DNA from: Octopus vulgaris
Lineage: Eukaryota
Direction of reading: 5' to 3'
Length of the DNA stretch: 64,000 nucleotides
NCBI GenBank assembly: GCA_951406725.2
Contig: OX597820.1
Location: 60,140,001-60,204,000, forward strand
Positions 13,385 to 26,125 of this stretch are shown one piece after another (position 1 is the stretch's first letter; each line of letters opens with the position of its first letter). The translations under genes were made by a program, and so were the position numbers. The notes beneath the pieces are model-generated. The model was not told where the DNA came from. It ran no database searches and saw only the letters and a list, made by a program, of their open reading frames with translations.

Positions 13385-15290
13385 ATTGACGAAGTCATTT
13401 GTGGCTCAGACTTTGTTTTGCCTATATCGACGACTTGTTGATTGCTGGTCTTACGGAAGAGCAGCATGAACAGCATTTAGAACAACTTTTTACTAGATTG
13501 TCACAGTTCGACGTGATAATTAACCCTTGCAAATGTCTTTTTTTTGGTCTCTCTTCTATTACATTTTTGAACATATTATTTAATAAAAATGGAATTCGTC
13601 CATTAGAGAAAAAAGTCGATGTCAATACAAATATCTCTGTTATGTCATTGCTAAGGAAGTTATGAGAATTTCTCGGCCTCATTAATTTCTACTGAGGATT
13701 TATTCAGCACTGTACGGAAACCATATTTCCACTAACTGAGTTGCTATGAAATCGTAAACAAACAAGCAAACAAACTCGAGGCTACTTCTCTAAATGAGGC
13801 AGAATTGCAATCTCTTAATGATATCGAAGAAAAGTTCGCTAAAATTACACTATTAGCCCATCCGGTACCTGAAGCTCCTCTATTATTGACAGTTGATGCA
13901 TCTGATGTTGGAATCGGTGGGACATTGCAATAATTTCTTCAAGATACTTCGCAACCCCTTCTTTTTTTTCCCTCCTAGCGCTTCAAACCTGCAGAAACGA
14001 GGTTTAACTCTTTTGGAAGAGAATTTTCGCTGCTTATTTATCTGTTAGGTATTTTCGACATTTCTTAGAAGAATAAAATTTTTCCATTTATACTGATTAT
14101 AAGCCGTTGACGTATACATTGCATACTAATTCTGATAAATACTCTCCAAGAGATATTAGAGACCTTGGTTTTATTTCGCACTTTACTGTGGATATTCGTT
14201 ACAACACGGATGCTGATAATTCTGCAATAGACACCTTATCCCGATTCTATATCAATGCTTCGGATGCCACCGATACTATTGGCCTACAAAAAATTGCTTT
14301 GGGTCAAGAGGCTAATGAAGAGTTGTTACAACTCGTACCTCAGAAACATCTCTAGATCTTCGTCAATTACTACAACATTCTAGTGATTCGTTTATATGAT
14401 GTAATGTTTCTATTGGATTTTCTGTACTGTACGTCCCAAACAGTCATAGACGAACCGTTTTTTCCACTTTCGCTAGTTCTGATGCTCGTTTCAAGCATAT
14501 CCACGTAGATATTGTGGGTCCTCTTTCACTAATTCAGGATAGAATGTTTCTTTTGACCTATATAAATAATTTTCCCAGATGATCTGAAGCCATACCGACT
14601 AAGGACATTTCATCCCTTACAGTTGCAAAGACACTTAAGGCTGAGTAGATTTCATGTTTTGGAACACATTTGACAATAACGTCAGGGTCCTCAGTTTAAA
14701 TCCAATCATTTTGCCGACCTGTCTAACCTGTTAGGTACGCGCCAAATTTGTACTACAGTTTGTTACCCCATATTTAACAGAATGATAGAACGCTTTCATC
14801 GACAGCTTAAAGCAGATTTGTGAGCATATTCTGATTCAGATCAATGGTTAGAAGTCCTGCCGATTGCATTATTAAGTTTACGTTCCGTTGTTAAGGAGGA
14901 CCTTGGTTACTTCCCGGCAGAATTATTGAATGGTTCTCCATTTACACTGCTTGGTCAAATGACTACAGCTACTCAACATCATGATGCTACAAATTATGTT
15001 CATCGGCTGCGAAATTACATGGCAGAGTTGCCTCCGTTAGTAAGTAACAAGACTGCAGTCGATTAAAACTTTTGCTCCACCGGACATCGACACCGGAACA
15101 CATCTTTGTACGCAACAATGCAGTCAAGCATCCCTTGCGGAGAATTTATTCCCGCCCGTATCGTATGTTAAAAGCTAAACCAAAGTATATAGTTTTGGAC
15201 ATTCAGGGGAGACAGCAAACTGTTAGTGGCAATCAACTTAAGCAGGTTTTCGCTGAGTCTATTCTTCTATCACAACACTCCACTTTCTCT
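13385..15290 (+). pseudogene. Ty3/gypsy pol fragment (RT, RNase H, integrase), decayed
   Basis: FAYIDDLLIAG; LTVDASDVGIGG; YTDYKPL; HIHVDIVGP; MIERFHRQLK; many stops; no LTRs recognised. Confidence 0.85.
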
Positions 15291-15304
15291 TCTACTATAT
15301 GTTT

Positions 15305-15531
15305 CTTTATTACCCTAAGGGGCTAAACATAGAGGGGACAAACAAGGACAGAAAAAGGGATTAAGTCGATTACATCGACCCCAGTGCGTAACTGGTACTT
15401 AATTTATCGACCCCGAAAGGATGAAGGGCAAAGTCGACCTCGGCGGAATTTGAACTCAGAACGTAACAGCAGACGAAAATACGGCTACGCATTTCGCCCG
15501 GTGTGCTAACGGTTCTGTCAGTTCGCTGCCT
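15305..15531 (-). mobile_element. SINE with Nin/Deu-like domain
   Basis: Reverse complement reads GTCGACTTTGCCCTTCATCCTTTCGGGGTCGATAAATTAAGTACCAG; many copies in the window. Confidence 0.8.
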
Positions 15532-16251
15532 TTTCTCTTCTACTGTACCCACTCAATCTACACATAAACGTAACATTATCTAACAACAGTGCATCTCTTA
15601 ACGACAGAGTAACTAGGAGTGGAAAACGAGGGCATTAGTCGGTTGGATACATTCGAACATACTTTTATTAACACAAAATACTCACAACAAAAACAGTTTT
15701 TCTTTTATAATTCTCAAACAAAAAGAAAAAGAACTGCAGAACTTTGTATTTTCTATGAGTTTTTTTTATTGTTGCATGAGCATTCTTTTCAGTCATTTTT
15801 TTTCAGTATTCAATGTGTATTTTTCTTTTTCTTTATATTTCTGTCGAGCTTTCTCTTTTTATATGAATTTAGTTCCGTTCTTTAACAGTCCATACAAAAG
15901 AACTGGGAAGAGGCTACATGTCGTAGATTCAAAACCGAATCGCTGCATAGCTGAGCAGATACCACGGTGAGATCACTGTCATTTCATGTGATCGGTTGAT
16001 TAACCGACCAATCAGTGTGAAGCTATTAGGAGATTCAACTCGACCCTCTAGAACATTCTCCTAAGCCCTATAAAAAGGCTTTTTTTGAGGTAGCTGCTTT
16101 AGCCGCATTGCAGCTTAGAAGACAGATTTTCTCATGAATATAGCGCAGCTGCAGAATGATATACAGTTTGTCGTAGATTCCAGTAATATGTCTCTTCCAA
16201 AGTGTAAATGTCGCTGTTATTTTTCATCCAAAGACCAATACAGAAAACACT

Positions 16252-16436
16252 ATTCTTTTATTTGTTTCAGTCATTTGACTGCGTTCATGCTGGAGCACTG
16301 CCTTAAAGGATGTTAGTCGAAGAAATCGACACAGGACTTATTCTTTGTAAGCCTAGTACTTATTCTATCTGTTTCTTTTGCGGAACCGCTAAGTTACGGG
16401 GACATAAACATACCAGCATCGGTTGTCAAACGATGG
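16252..16436 (-). mobile_element. SINE 3' half
   Basis: TTTCAGTCATTTGACTGCG..CATGCTGGAGCAC tail shared with other copies. Confidence 0.75.
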
Positions 16437-16550
16437 CACACGCACACACACACACACACACACAGTTGGAATTTACAAAAAACAAAAGACGAAGACGGGT
16501 GTGTAAACAACAAACATGTATTAGTTTAACGCTCGGGAAGTGAGAAAGTC

Positions 16551-16584
16551 TTTTATGTTTCGAGCCTACGCTCTCCAACAGAAA
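16551..16584 (-). ncRNA. Degenerate minimal hammerhead in a Penelope-type pLTR fragment
   Basis: Minus strand: TTT CTGTTGG A GAGC GTAG GCTC GAAA CAT AAAA; core mutated relative to CUGANGA. Confidence 0.4.
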
Positions 16585-16599
16585 GGAACACAGAAATAA

Positions 16600-16640
<41 letters not shown>

Positions 16641-16668
16641 AGTTTAGTGGCTAGCGATCAATCATGGC

Positions 16669-16706
<38 letters not shown>

Positions 16707-16770
16707 CTTTTTTCGTAATGCGATAAAAAAACCAAGACTGTGTAGATTTTAGAACATTTATAGACGGAAG

Positions 16771-16818
16771 GTCTGACAGCTGTTTCCAGGATATTTATTA
16801 TATCCCTTCATCGCGGAC
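16771..16818 (-). ncRNA. Minimal hammerhead ribozyme, core-mutated (tandem copy 1)
   Basis: Minus strand: GTCC GCGATGA AGGGATAT..ATATCCTG GAAA CAGCTG TC AGAC. Confidence 0.6.
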
Positions 16819-16925
16819 GGCGTGAGAGGATGGTTCATGGCGAATATATATATATATAAATTTTTTTTTCGTAATGAGATAAAAAACCAAGACAGTGTAG
16901 ATTTTAGAACATTTATAGACAGAAG

Positions 16926-16970
16926 GTCTGACAGCTGTTTCCAGGATATTTATATCCCTTCATCGCGGAC
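16926..16970 (-). ncRNA. Minimal hammerhead ribozyme, core-mutated (tandem copy 2)
   Basis: Same motif 155 bp downstream with a shorter stem II loop. Confidence 0.6.
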
Positions 16971-17035
16971 GGTGTGAGAGGATGGTTAAATCATAGTTAA
17001 TTTAGATAAGATACATTATATATATATATATAATG

Positions 17036-17185
17036 AGCTTCTTCCAGTTTCCGTCTACCAAATCCACTCACAAAACTTTGGTCGGGCCAAAGCTGTAGTG
17101 GAAGATAATTGCCCAATGTGCCAGTAGTGGGACTGAACCCGGAACCATGTGGTTGGGAAGCAAACTTCTTACCATATAGCCATGT
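17036..17185 (-). mobile_element. SINE 5' half
   Basis: GTTTCCGTCTACCAAATCCACTCACAA..GGGACTGAACCCGGAACCATGTGG. Confidence 0.7.
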
Positions 17186-17574
17186 GCAGTAAATAAAGCT
17201 TCTGTTAATTGTTCGTGCGTGTTGTTAATCATTTTGACACGTAGTCTTAGGAAGACATAGTCATTCTCCACCAACATTAAATTCACAAGCACAACACCAT
17301 CTCGACACTCGGAACAAGCGTTTTCTATAGAATTTACAGGTGAAACTTGTATTTTTAAAGGGGTATCATCTAAAACGCTTAATACATTACCTGCAGGTAC
17401 AATAAATATGGGTACCTGTGGATGCAGCATCATTCATGATCTTAATAATAATAAAGAAAACCGTATTTTAGTTTCCTTTGTTTCATAAGTTTACTTTCGT
17501 CACTCAAATTCTTTCGAATTTTGCTTTTGCTTCAGTGCATTCTAAAATAAGGTTTAACAATAAATAACAAGGGA

Positions 17575-17875
17575 CTGGTACTCCGTCGGTTACGACGATG
17601 AGTGTTCCAGTTGATCCGATCAACGGAACAGCCTGCTCGTGAAATTAATGTGTAGGTGGCTGAGTACTCCACAGACATGCATTACCTTAACGTAGTACTT
17701 AGGGAGATTCAGCGTGACACAGAATGTGACAAGGCTGACCCTCTGAAATACAGTATGACTTATTTTTGCCATCTGAGTGGACTGGACCAACCTGAAATAA
17801 AGTGTTTTGCTCAAGGACACTACGTATCGCCGATTTTCGATCATGAACCGAATATCCTGACCTCAAAGCCAGGCG
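17575..17875 (-). mobile_element. tRNA-derived SINE (family with CACGAGCAGGCTGTTCCGTTGATCGGATCAACTGGAAC tail)
   Basis: Copies also at ~30085-30150, 31712-32030, 50090-50210 and 58279-58560. Confidence 0.75.
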
Positions 17876-17959
17876 ATTTCACATAAATAACAATGTAGGT
17901 GCTAAGATAATGACCGAATGGAATGCTAACCATCCCTGAACATCAGGATACATAATATG

Positions 17960-18440
17960 CTTTTCTACTCTAGGCACAAGGCCCGACATTTTTTTGTGGG
18001 GAGTGGACTAGTCGATTAGATCGATCCCAGTATGCAATTGATACATAATTTATCGACCCCGAAAGGATGAAAGGCAAAGTCGACCTCGGCGGAATTTGAA
18101 CTCAGAACGTAGCGGCAGACGAAATACCTATTTCTTTACTACCCACAAGGGGCTAAACACAGAGGGGACAAACAAGGATAGACACACGGATTAAGTCGAT
18201 TATATCGACCCCAGTGCGTAACTGGTACTTATTTAATTGACCCCGAAAGGATGAAGGGCAAAGTCGACCTCGGTGGAATTTGAACTCAGAACGTAACGGC
18301 AGACGAAAATACGGCTACGCATTTTGCCCAGAGTGCTAATGTTTCTGCCAGCTCGCCGCCTTATTTCTTTATTGCCTACAGGAGGCTAAACATAGAGGAG
18401 ACAGACAACAAGGACAGACAACAAGGACAGACAAAGGGAT
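17960..18440 (-). mobile_element. Stacked Nin/Deu-domain SINEs
   Basis: Two near-complete copies and one partial copy head-to-tail. Confidence 0.8.
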
Positions 18441-19763
18441 ACATTATATGGCAGGATATATATCAGGATACATTATATGGCAAACAAAATATAATTATGA
18501 AATAACAAAGACAAATTTTATTAATGCTTGTCAAGGTGATAAATGTTTTGATGCTAGTATTTGCCATGTTCTGGCATCGTTGAATAAAAGACGAGTTTTT
18601 ACAGATGTAGGTATTTAATAACAATGAAATTCACAATGAAGTCCGTGTAGTATTGCTATAGCAGTTGTTCTCCTCTTCTATGTCCTGTTTTCACTGCCTA
18701 ACAGCGATCTTATTCAAGGACATAAAAAATTTACTGACAGCAAGCAATTTTTCAAGGTCCAAATGTAATATTTTTCAGTGACATTTATAATTGTATAAAA
18801 TGTTCAGAAATGTAATAATGAAAGATATTTTTCATTGGAAATAGTAAAAAATATAATGATGGATTTTTTTTTATGGGGAAAAATAGGTGGAACAAATTTT
18901 TATGGATCAAGTTTGTGAAAATAATTAAGCAATTATATATATATATATACATTTTCAATTGATAGATCCGAAGTAAAATATAAAACAGTCGTGGTTTGAA
19001 AGAAGCATTATTTTTTTACATTTTTGTAGTATCTTCAGAATTATTTGTGTGTGTAACTGCATTGTTTGCTTGACTAGGCTTACGAATACTTTTTTCCGTG
19101 TCTCTCCTTGTTGACGTGTAGTTCGTTTCTCTTTCGGAATCACGAGTGCAAGCATTTATCTGTACAACTGTATTATTTGCTTGACTAGGCTTACGAAGAC
19201 TTTTTTCAGTATCTCTCCTTGTTGATGTGAAGGTCGTTTCTCTTTCTGAATCATGACTGCAAATGCTGCTGACGCAATTCGATCCGCTGCCCCTTGTCCA
19301 ACTGAAAATAAGGAGTGTAAGTTCTAACTGATTTTCTCAGACAAATAATGTTTTAATCAAATATAAATAGACTGATAAATTTAAATATAAATAAACTGAT
19401 GATTCTTATGATTTAAAAGTATAGTTCTTCACACAAATTCACCTTATGTATGTATGTGTGTATTTGTGTATCTATGCATGTATATATGTATTCGAAATTT
19501 CCTATATTAAAGATCACACTGTAAGAGCAAAATATGTTATTTTACAGATTTAATGCTTCATCAAAGAAAACTAACTTTCACTAATTCATAAATAGTCCCT
19601 ATGAAATACGATTTTTTGGATCTGTAAAACTCATTTGAATTATTTCAGAATATTATTGTGAAATCTCAGTATGTTTCATAACAGTCTAAAAATTTTCCCC
19701 ACAATATGTGACGTCAACCATTTAGGAGTAGACTTTAATCAAATTACGTTATACCATATTTGC

Positions 19764-19958
19764 TAATGCATAATGTCCAGAAAAATGGATGCAGGAAAAA
19801 TTACTATTACTTGTTTCGTGCGTGTGTAAAGTTGGTTTGTTTGTACGCAGCACCAGCTCATTCATAGAGCACTAGTTTAGAAACAGACTACACCAGAAAT
19901 AAGCTCAATTGGTAATTGCAATTTTTCCTGCGTCCATTTTTCTGGACGCCATGCATTA
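19764..19958. mobile_element. MITE-like inverted-repeat element
   Basis: GTCCAGAAAAATGGATGCAGGAAAAATT ... AATTTTTCCTGCGTCCATTTTTCTGGAC, extendable imperfectly to about 45 bp. Confidence 0.6.
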
Positions 19959-21848
19959 ATAGGTAAAAAAAAAAACTGCTTCATAATCAAATTTTAAAAT
20001 GCGAATGCAGCGAGGCTCCCATCTACATTTAAATAATCTTGCTTAAATTTCCAATTTAGAACTAAGGCCTAATTATACTTCAATAAAACGCAAGACGAAT
20101 AATGAGAACGCCTATGTGAACTTTTTTAACTAGTAAGCCGGTAAACTTAACAAAAAGGAAAAAAATATCTGAGTAAAATCCCTGCAAAATTATATTTCCG
20201 AAGATTCTAGAAGTTACGCTATGAATGGTGAAAAAAATACAAAACGAATAATAAAGTGATAACACGATTGAGAGGCACAATGTCCAGAGAAAAATAATAA
20301 TAAAAAAAAGGATAAAAAACCTGGATACAAGAAGGCTGCCGAAGTGGGCACAATCAGAAAACAAAAGGGGAACAAATTGCTCTAGTACGCTGAAAAACAA
20401 TTTCTTTCCAATACAGTTTAAGCAGAGATTAACCTCGATTAACCAAATTTTTCTTTGGTTTAGGGCAATCTAATTCAGCTTTGAAATTGAGATATAATGA
20501 AGATTTCCAAGGAAAAAAAAATCAGTAGCTTCTATCAGCCACAGACAGCATTTTGCCTCTCTCTGTCTCTCTCTCTCTCTCTCCTTGTCTGTTCGTCTGT
20601 CTCTCACTCACACACGCACACACACTTTTTCTTTATTACTCACTAGGGGCGACACAGAGGGGACACCACAAGACATGGGGACATAGAACATTACAATTAA
20701 ATTTATGAAGAATGAATTATTACATGAAAATAATAATATGAAAGCGATGCTAAAGGCCCCATCCGTTAGCATCACTTACCTGTCCTTTGGTTTTCACCGT
20801 CACTTAAATGTTCATTCCCAATACGAAGACCTTCCATATCCATTCTTACTCCGAAATACTCCTCCATATTTTCCACGAATTCATCGCTCATTCTTGTGTC
20901 TTTCACCTCCCAATTCTCCCTTTCACACCTGAACACAAACTCATCTATTCTCTTCTTTTCAATCACAGCATACCTGGTCTCACCAACTTTGCACCATTTA
21001 TACTCTTCCATTAGCCTTTTAACTTCTTTCTGTTCTGTCATAGTACAAATGTTCGGCCTGATATCAAATTCAGTCTCTTGTCTGTCTGTATTATTTTTTT
21101 TCTTTTGTTTTCTTGTTGGAGGGGAGCGGGTTGGTTCACTGTCTGCAGGGATAGGGTGGGTCTCAGAGGGACACACACACACATACACACACCCTGACAA
21201 CTTTCTTTACCTTCCTCCTTCTACACGCTTATTTATTGGCAGTAACCGGATAAAAGACGGTGGCAATAAATGGTCCGTTATTCACAACTCGAGTTTCTGC
21301 ATTTTTTCCAACTCGTCACAGTTGAGTAACAATTTAAGACAATTGAATGGAATCTGTGACAAATTATTGACTATCTTTTGTCACTTCATTCCATACACAC
21401 AGTGATTATTTAATAGTTACAGGTCTGAGGATATTGAGATCATCACTCCATTCTTTCACCAGACTGGGAGACTCTTAAAAACGATGCCTTTTTCCTCCGA
21501 AACCATAAAATATGTAATCATATTTTCCACTGCAAATTATCTACCAGGGACGTTTTAGCAGTAATTAGACTCCTAGAAGCATTGCACTGAGTTTTATAGT
21601 ATTAAATGACAGATCACAGTAGACATAGATTAACCTCGAGCCCCGAGACCTGTGCGAACCTGCTTTAAGACAACACAATCACTTACATAAACAGTTCCTA
21701 CAAAAGTCATTACGGGCTTCCATCATTATGTAGTCTGAAAATACATTGCGTAAAACTCTTCGTGTTGTTTTAACTAGTTATAAACACAATCTGTTGTTTT
21801 AAACTAGTTATATGGTGATTTTCCAACCTAAACCAAACTCTTTACATA

Positions 21849-22040
21849 CTCTTTTACTCTTTAATTTGTTTCAGCCATTTGACTGCGGCCATGCTGGAGC
21901 ACCGTCTTTAGTCAAACAAATCGACCCCTGGACTTATTCTTTATTAGCCCAGTACTTATTCTATCGGTCTCTTTTTCCCGAACTGCTAAGTTACGAGGAC
22001 CTTAAACACACCAGCATCGGTGGTCAAGCGATGGAGGAGG
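21849..22040 (-). mobile_element. SINE 3' half
   Basis: TTTCAGCCATTTGACTGCGGCCATGCTGGAGCACCG tail. Confidence 0.75.
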
Positions 22041-22229
22041 GGGAACATACACACATATATATATATATTAATAGTAATGGTAAGACAACAAAAGAATGAA
22101 AGAGACCTCAATATTATGTAAATAGAGGAATTTATCTGTAATATAATATATGACAATTATTCGGTTGCCATAATAAGACTCCGAGTTTCGGATGTCAGGG
22201 CAGAAACCTGTCAGGGCAGAATTAGAAAC

Positions 22230-22600
22230 ATGCTGCGAGTAGGGTGGCCAGTCTCACTCAGAAATACGATAAGAGGAAGCTGTCCTCGAAAGGTCAGCTG
22301 GAAGTAGCGAACACCTATACCTCTTCGATAGGGAACTAGCTCTTGAACAGTATATCTTGACGCAGGAATATTCGATCAAACTGAATCGCATGCTTTTTCA
22401 CTTCTTGTGGAAGGGGCAGGTTTAGCTGGTTAGGAAGGTCATTTATTGTCAACACTCACTCCATGGGGAACGGGGTCTAGGGATACCGTTACTGATAATA
22501 TACAGGCATATATTAAAACTAAGATATTTCTAGAGATTCTTTCATAACGATGATGAAAAAGGAAGGTCACCGATTATGAAATACGTCTCTCTCTAACTAA
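22230..22600 (+). pseudogene. Tx1/L1-group LINE ORF2 fragment
   Basis: KRKLSSKGQLEVANTY...LFHFLWKGQ..VRK..GLGIP resembles the post-RT region of L1/Tx1 ORF2. Confidence 0.6.
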
Positions 22601-23999
22601 TCATCTCTGTTGTTAGCTGTATTCATGAATCAAGTGCAAACTGAAGTAGGAATATTTCCAGGCACCAGTTGGCAAATGCGTTCTGTGGAACCGCCACACT
22701 AGCTTTCTGTGAAAGGTTGGTGGAATATGAGCTGTCACGCTGTGAACCCTGAGCCAAAGCTAAGAAGACAGAAGGTGCAAAACAGTTAACTCACTTGTTA
22801 CACTTTCAGCTTAGTTGAGTTACAAAACGAATAAAAGAATAAACAGGATTAAAAGACTGCTGTTTCAGTTGCTCCATCACCAGTCATATAACCGATTCCA
22901 GCTCCGAGGATGGTTTGAAAACTCGTCTCTATCTCGGTTTCAGAAATGAACAACATCTAGACATTCTACGCCTGTCCGAAAATGTCACAGAAGATCATTT
23001 TGCGTACCGTATCTGAGGTGGACGGTGTCGAAATCTCCTCTTGAAATAGTGCCACCCTATTTACTTGCGAGGATGTGGACCAGATGGATCCTAACGGGGG
23101 AGGAAAGACCACCTCGAGTAGCCACAACAGACGATATCAGTGAGGAACTAAAGGAAAGAAAAAGCTACGAATATAAGCAACAACAGCAAGTAGCACCTAT
23201 TGCAGTGAAGCTAAGGATCAGGGGATTTGCCCTGTCTTCGATACAAGAAGGCAGACAGATTTTGACTCAACTTCCCTGTAATCTTACATTTAATTGTAAT
23301 GGTGAAGACCGAGAGTAGACAGACTGATATTGGCATCCAGCTTAATGAGAAAAGAAAAAAAACAAACAAAAAAACAAAGCAGGAAATGGGTAAAAAAGTT
23401 GGGATCGGTCTCATTAGAAAGTTTCCAGAAAGGTGAAGATGAACTGTGAACTTTGAAAATACTGAGACTTGTGCAGCTTCTCAGCTATCAAAAAAATGCT
23501 CTAACTTTTCGACCGGCTAGAATGTGATGGGAACGGTTTGATCTAAAACACACATCATTGGAGAATCATTGGAAAAGTTTACAAGCGAGATACATTTGTC
23601 TGGATGTGATTTTTTTCTTGGATGAAACAATTCAAGACATGTTTACAAATGATTTCAGCGATCTCTAGGAAGCATAAAATGTTCGGTGAGCAAGTAAAAA
23701 CGTGGGTCACACTGATTCGACTTAACTATGGGTTGCCACTTGTATGTGGATAACTAACATTTTTCATGTCTTAAGTACTGTGCTCCATCATATTTTTAAT
23801 ATTTCGCGTTTTATTTCATTATAAACATCGGTTATTGTATAACATTTTCAGCCTCCTTCGTATATATACAGCTTTGTTGAATCCCACGAGTATTGTAAGC
23901 TACATTGTTTATCTGGTTACTGTACTGTATTGTATGTTTCAATGCCTTGTGACTAATAAAGAAGCAACTATTATTCATGTTAAGTAAAATTAAATAAAT

Positions 24000-24257
24000 A
24001 AAAGTCGTTCCCGATTCATAGGCTTATAAGGTCGGTTTCTTGGATTCTGTGGCATATATCTTCCACCCTCGCCTCGCTGGACGGAACGCCGGTCCGTCGC
24101 AGGATGGCTCATTTTATTTTTGCCATGTGAGTGGACTAGGGCAATGTGAAATAAAATGTTGTTCTGAAGAACCCAACACATCGTCCAGTATAGGAATTGA
24201 AACCACAACCTTACGATCATGAGTGCAGCGCCCAACCACTAGGCCACGCGCCTCAAC
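24000..24257 (-). mobile_element. tRNA-derived SINE
   Basis: Minus-strand head GAGGCGCGTGGCCTAGTGGTTGGGCG..GTTTCAATTCC. Confidence 0.7.
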
Positions 24258-24316
24258 ATTCCTTAATCGGAGAACCCTTCCTCACAAATTTCTGGCCTTG
24301 TGCTTATGATATAGTG

Positions 24317-24649
24317 AAGGCGCATGGCTCAGTGGTTAGAGCGTCGAGCTTACGATCGTGAGGTTGTGAGTTCGAATCCCGGACCGGACTGCGTGTTGTG
24401 TTCTTGAGCAAGACACTTTATTTCACGTTGCTCCAGTTCACTCAGCTGTAGAAATGAGTTGCGACGTCACAGGTGCCAAGCTGTATCGGCCTTTGCCTTT
24501 CCCTTGGATAACACTGGTGGCGTGGAGAGGGAAGGCCGGTATGCAGGGACGACTGCTGGTCTTCCATAAACAACCTTGCCCGGACTTGTGCCTGGGAGGA
24601 TAACTTTGCAGGTGCTATCCCATGGTATTTCATGACCGAAAGGGGTCTC
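24317..24649 (+). mobile_element. tRNA-derived SINE, well preserved
   Basis: A box TGGCTCAGTGG, B box GTTCGAATCCC, core TGTGTTCTTGAGCAAGACACTT. Confidence 0.85.
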
Positions 24650-24949
24650 AGCTTATGATAGAAATATTAGTTTCAAATTTCAGCTGCCCGCCCTATGTTG
24701 GAAAATATTATCCTTGTTACATGCCATTGCAAGACATATTTCATGTGTTCTCATAAATGGATTACGTTTTGTCTTAGATATTTATGCGGAAATGTTATAT
24801 AGAAAGTGATGAGATTATCGTTTGTTAACGATCTTTTTTTTGTAATCATATTTACATAAAACATCCGGCTTCTAGCAAAAATATCTCGAACCTTCTCTCC
24901 TCCAGGGAAGATTAATCTTCGAAACAGTAAAACAAAACGAACAAAGTAT

Positions 24950-25118
24950 TCTTTTCTACTCTAGACACGAGGCCCGAAATTTTCGGGGAGGGGACTAGTC
25001 AATTAGATCGACACCAATACGCAGCTGGTACTTAATTTATCGACCCCGAAAGCAAAGTCGACCTCAGCGACATTTTAACTCAGAACGTAAAGACTGGCGA
25101 AATACCGATAAGCATTAT

Positions 25119-25120
<2 letters not shown>
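24950..25120 (-). mobile_element. Nin/Deu-domain SINE
   Basis: GGTACTTAATTTATCGACCCCGAAAG motif. Confidence 0.7.
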
Positions 25121-25152
<32 letters not shown>

Positions 25153-25157
25153 GTATA

Positions 25158-25217
<60 letters not shown>

Positions 25218-26125
25218 GTTTCTCTGTTTGCCTGTCTTCTCTCTCTCAGCAATGAAAGAGAGTGGTAAGAGACAAAGGATGATAAACAAATGCGGACCGA
25301 CGAGGACTCATAGCCCATCACAGGAGAAAAATAAAAGAAGTGAAAAGGCCCAACTCCGTTTTAGAACTGTGAAAGAGAACTATAATCAGTGGGACGTGTG
25401 TGAAACTCAACAGTTCTCGATAAAAACAACGATGAATTGATTGATTTAATGCATGAACTGAGGGAATACATGCCAACCAAAATGTGCTGGGACATCAATT
25501 TGAAGGGTTTTATTTGAAGTCTAGTACTTTTTTCTTTACCCGAATCTCTAAGTTACAGGATGCAGACAAAACAATATCTATTGTCAAACGGTGAAAATTA
25601 AACACACGACAGGTCTACGCAGAGTTTCTCTTTGTTATACTCGTTCAAAAGGATTTTGTTGGCCCATGCTATAGTAGAAGATAATCAAGAAGCAAAGCAG
25701 AAATTTTCACCACACGGCTATGTCTTTGCTCTTAATCTCGCTGAGCACGTGTAGAAACGATATCGTAGTTTTATTGCCTCGCTTCGTCGCTGTCAGCAGG
25801 CACTATCAGTGTAGTGCTTTCAAGGCAAGCTTCATGTTTGCAACACTAAATGACTAAGAGTTATAGTCACTGCTAGCATGTCAGTTTTATCTAACTTCCT
25901 GTTTTAACATCCACCAACTCCCTCTTTTTTTTAGATATTGTTGACATTAATTATCTACTGCACCTTACCAATTCTTTAAATTATCCGCTTATCTGGCGCC
26001 GTCCATTAATGAGCTAGCAAGCGCGCAAATCGAGTTCAGAAGTTTTTTCTTTGTTTATATCGACACTATCGGAATAACATTGCTATCTAATCTAACAACA
26101 AAGCAAAATTTTATAGCTATGTATA

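Noticed and set aside
20630-21420. Minus-strand charged ORF (MTEQKEVKRLMEEYKW..)
   Set aside because: Possibly a decayed LINE C-terminus, but no diagnostic motif recognised; left unassigned
22177-22210. Minus-strand GAAACTCGGAGTC hammerhead 3' half
   Set aside because: 5' core is missing (truncated); counted only as a degenerate remnant
24317-24395. tRNA-like sequence with A and B boxes
   Set aside because: It is the head of a SINE and continues into SINE core sequence; not a tRNA gene
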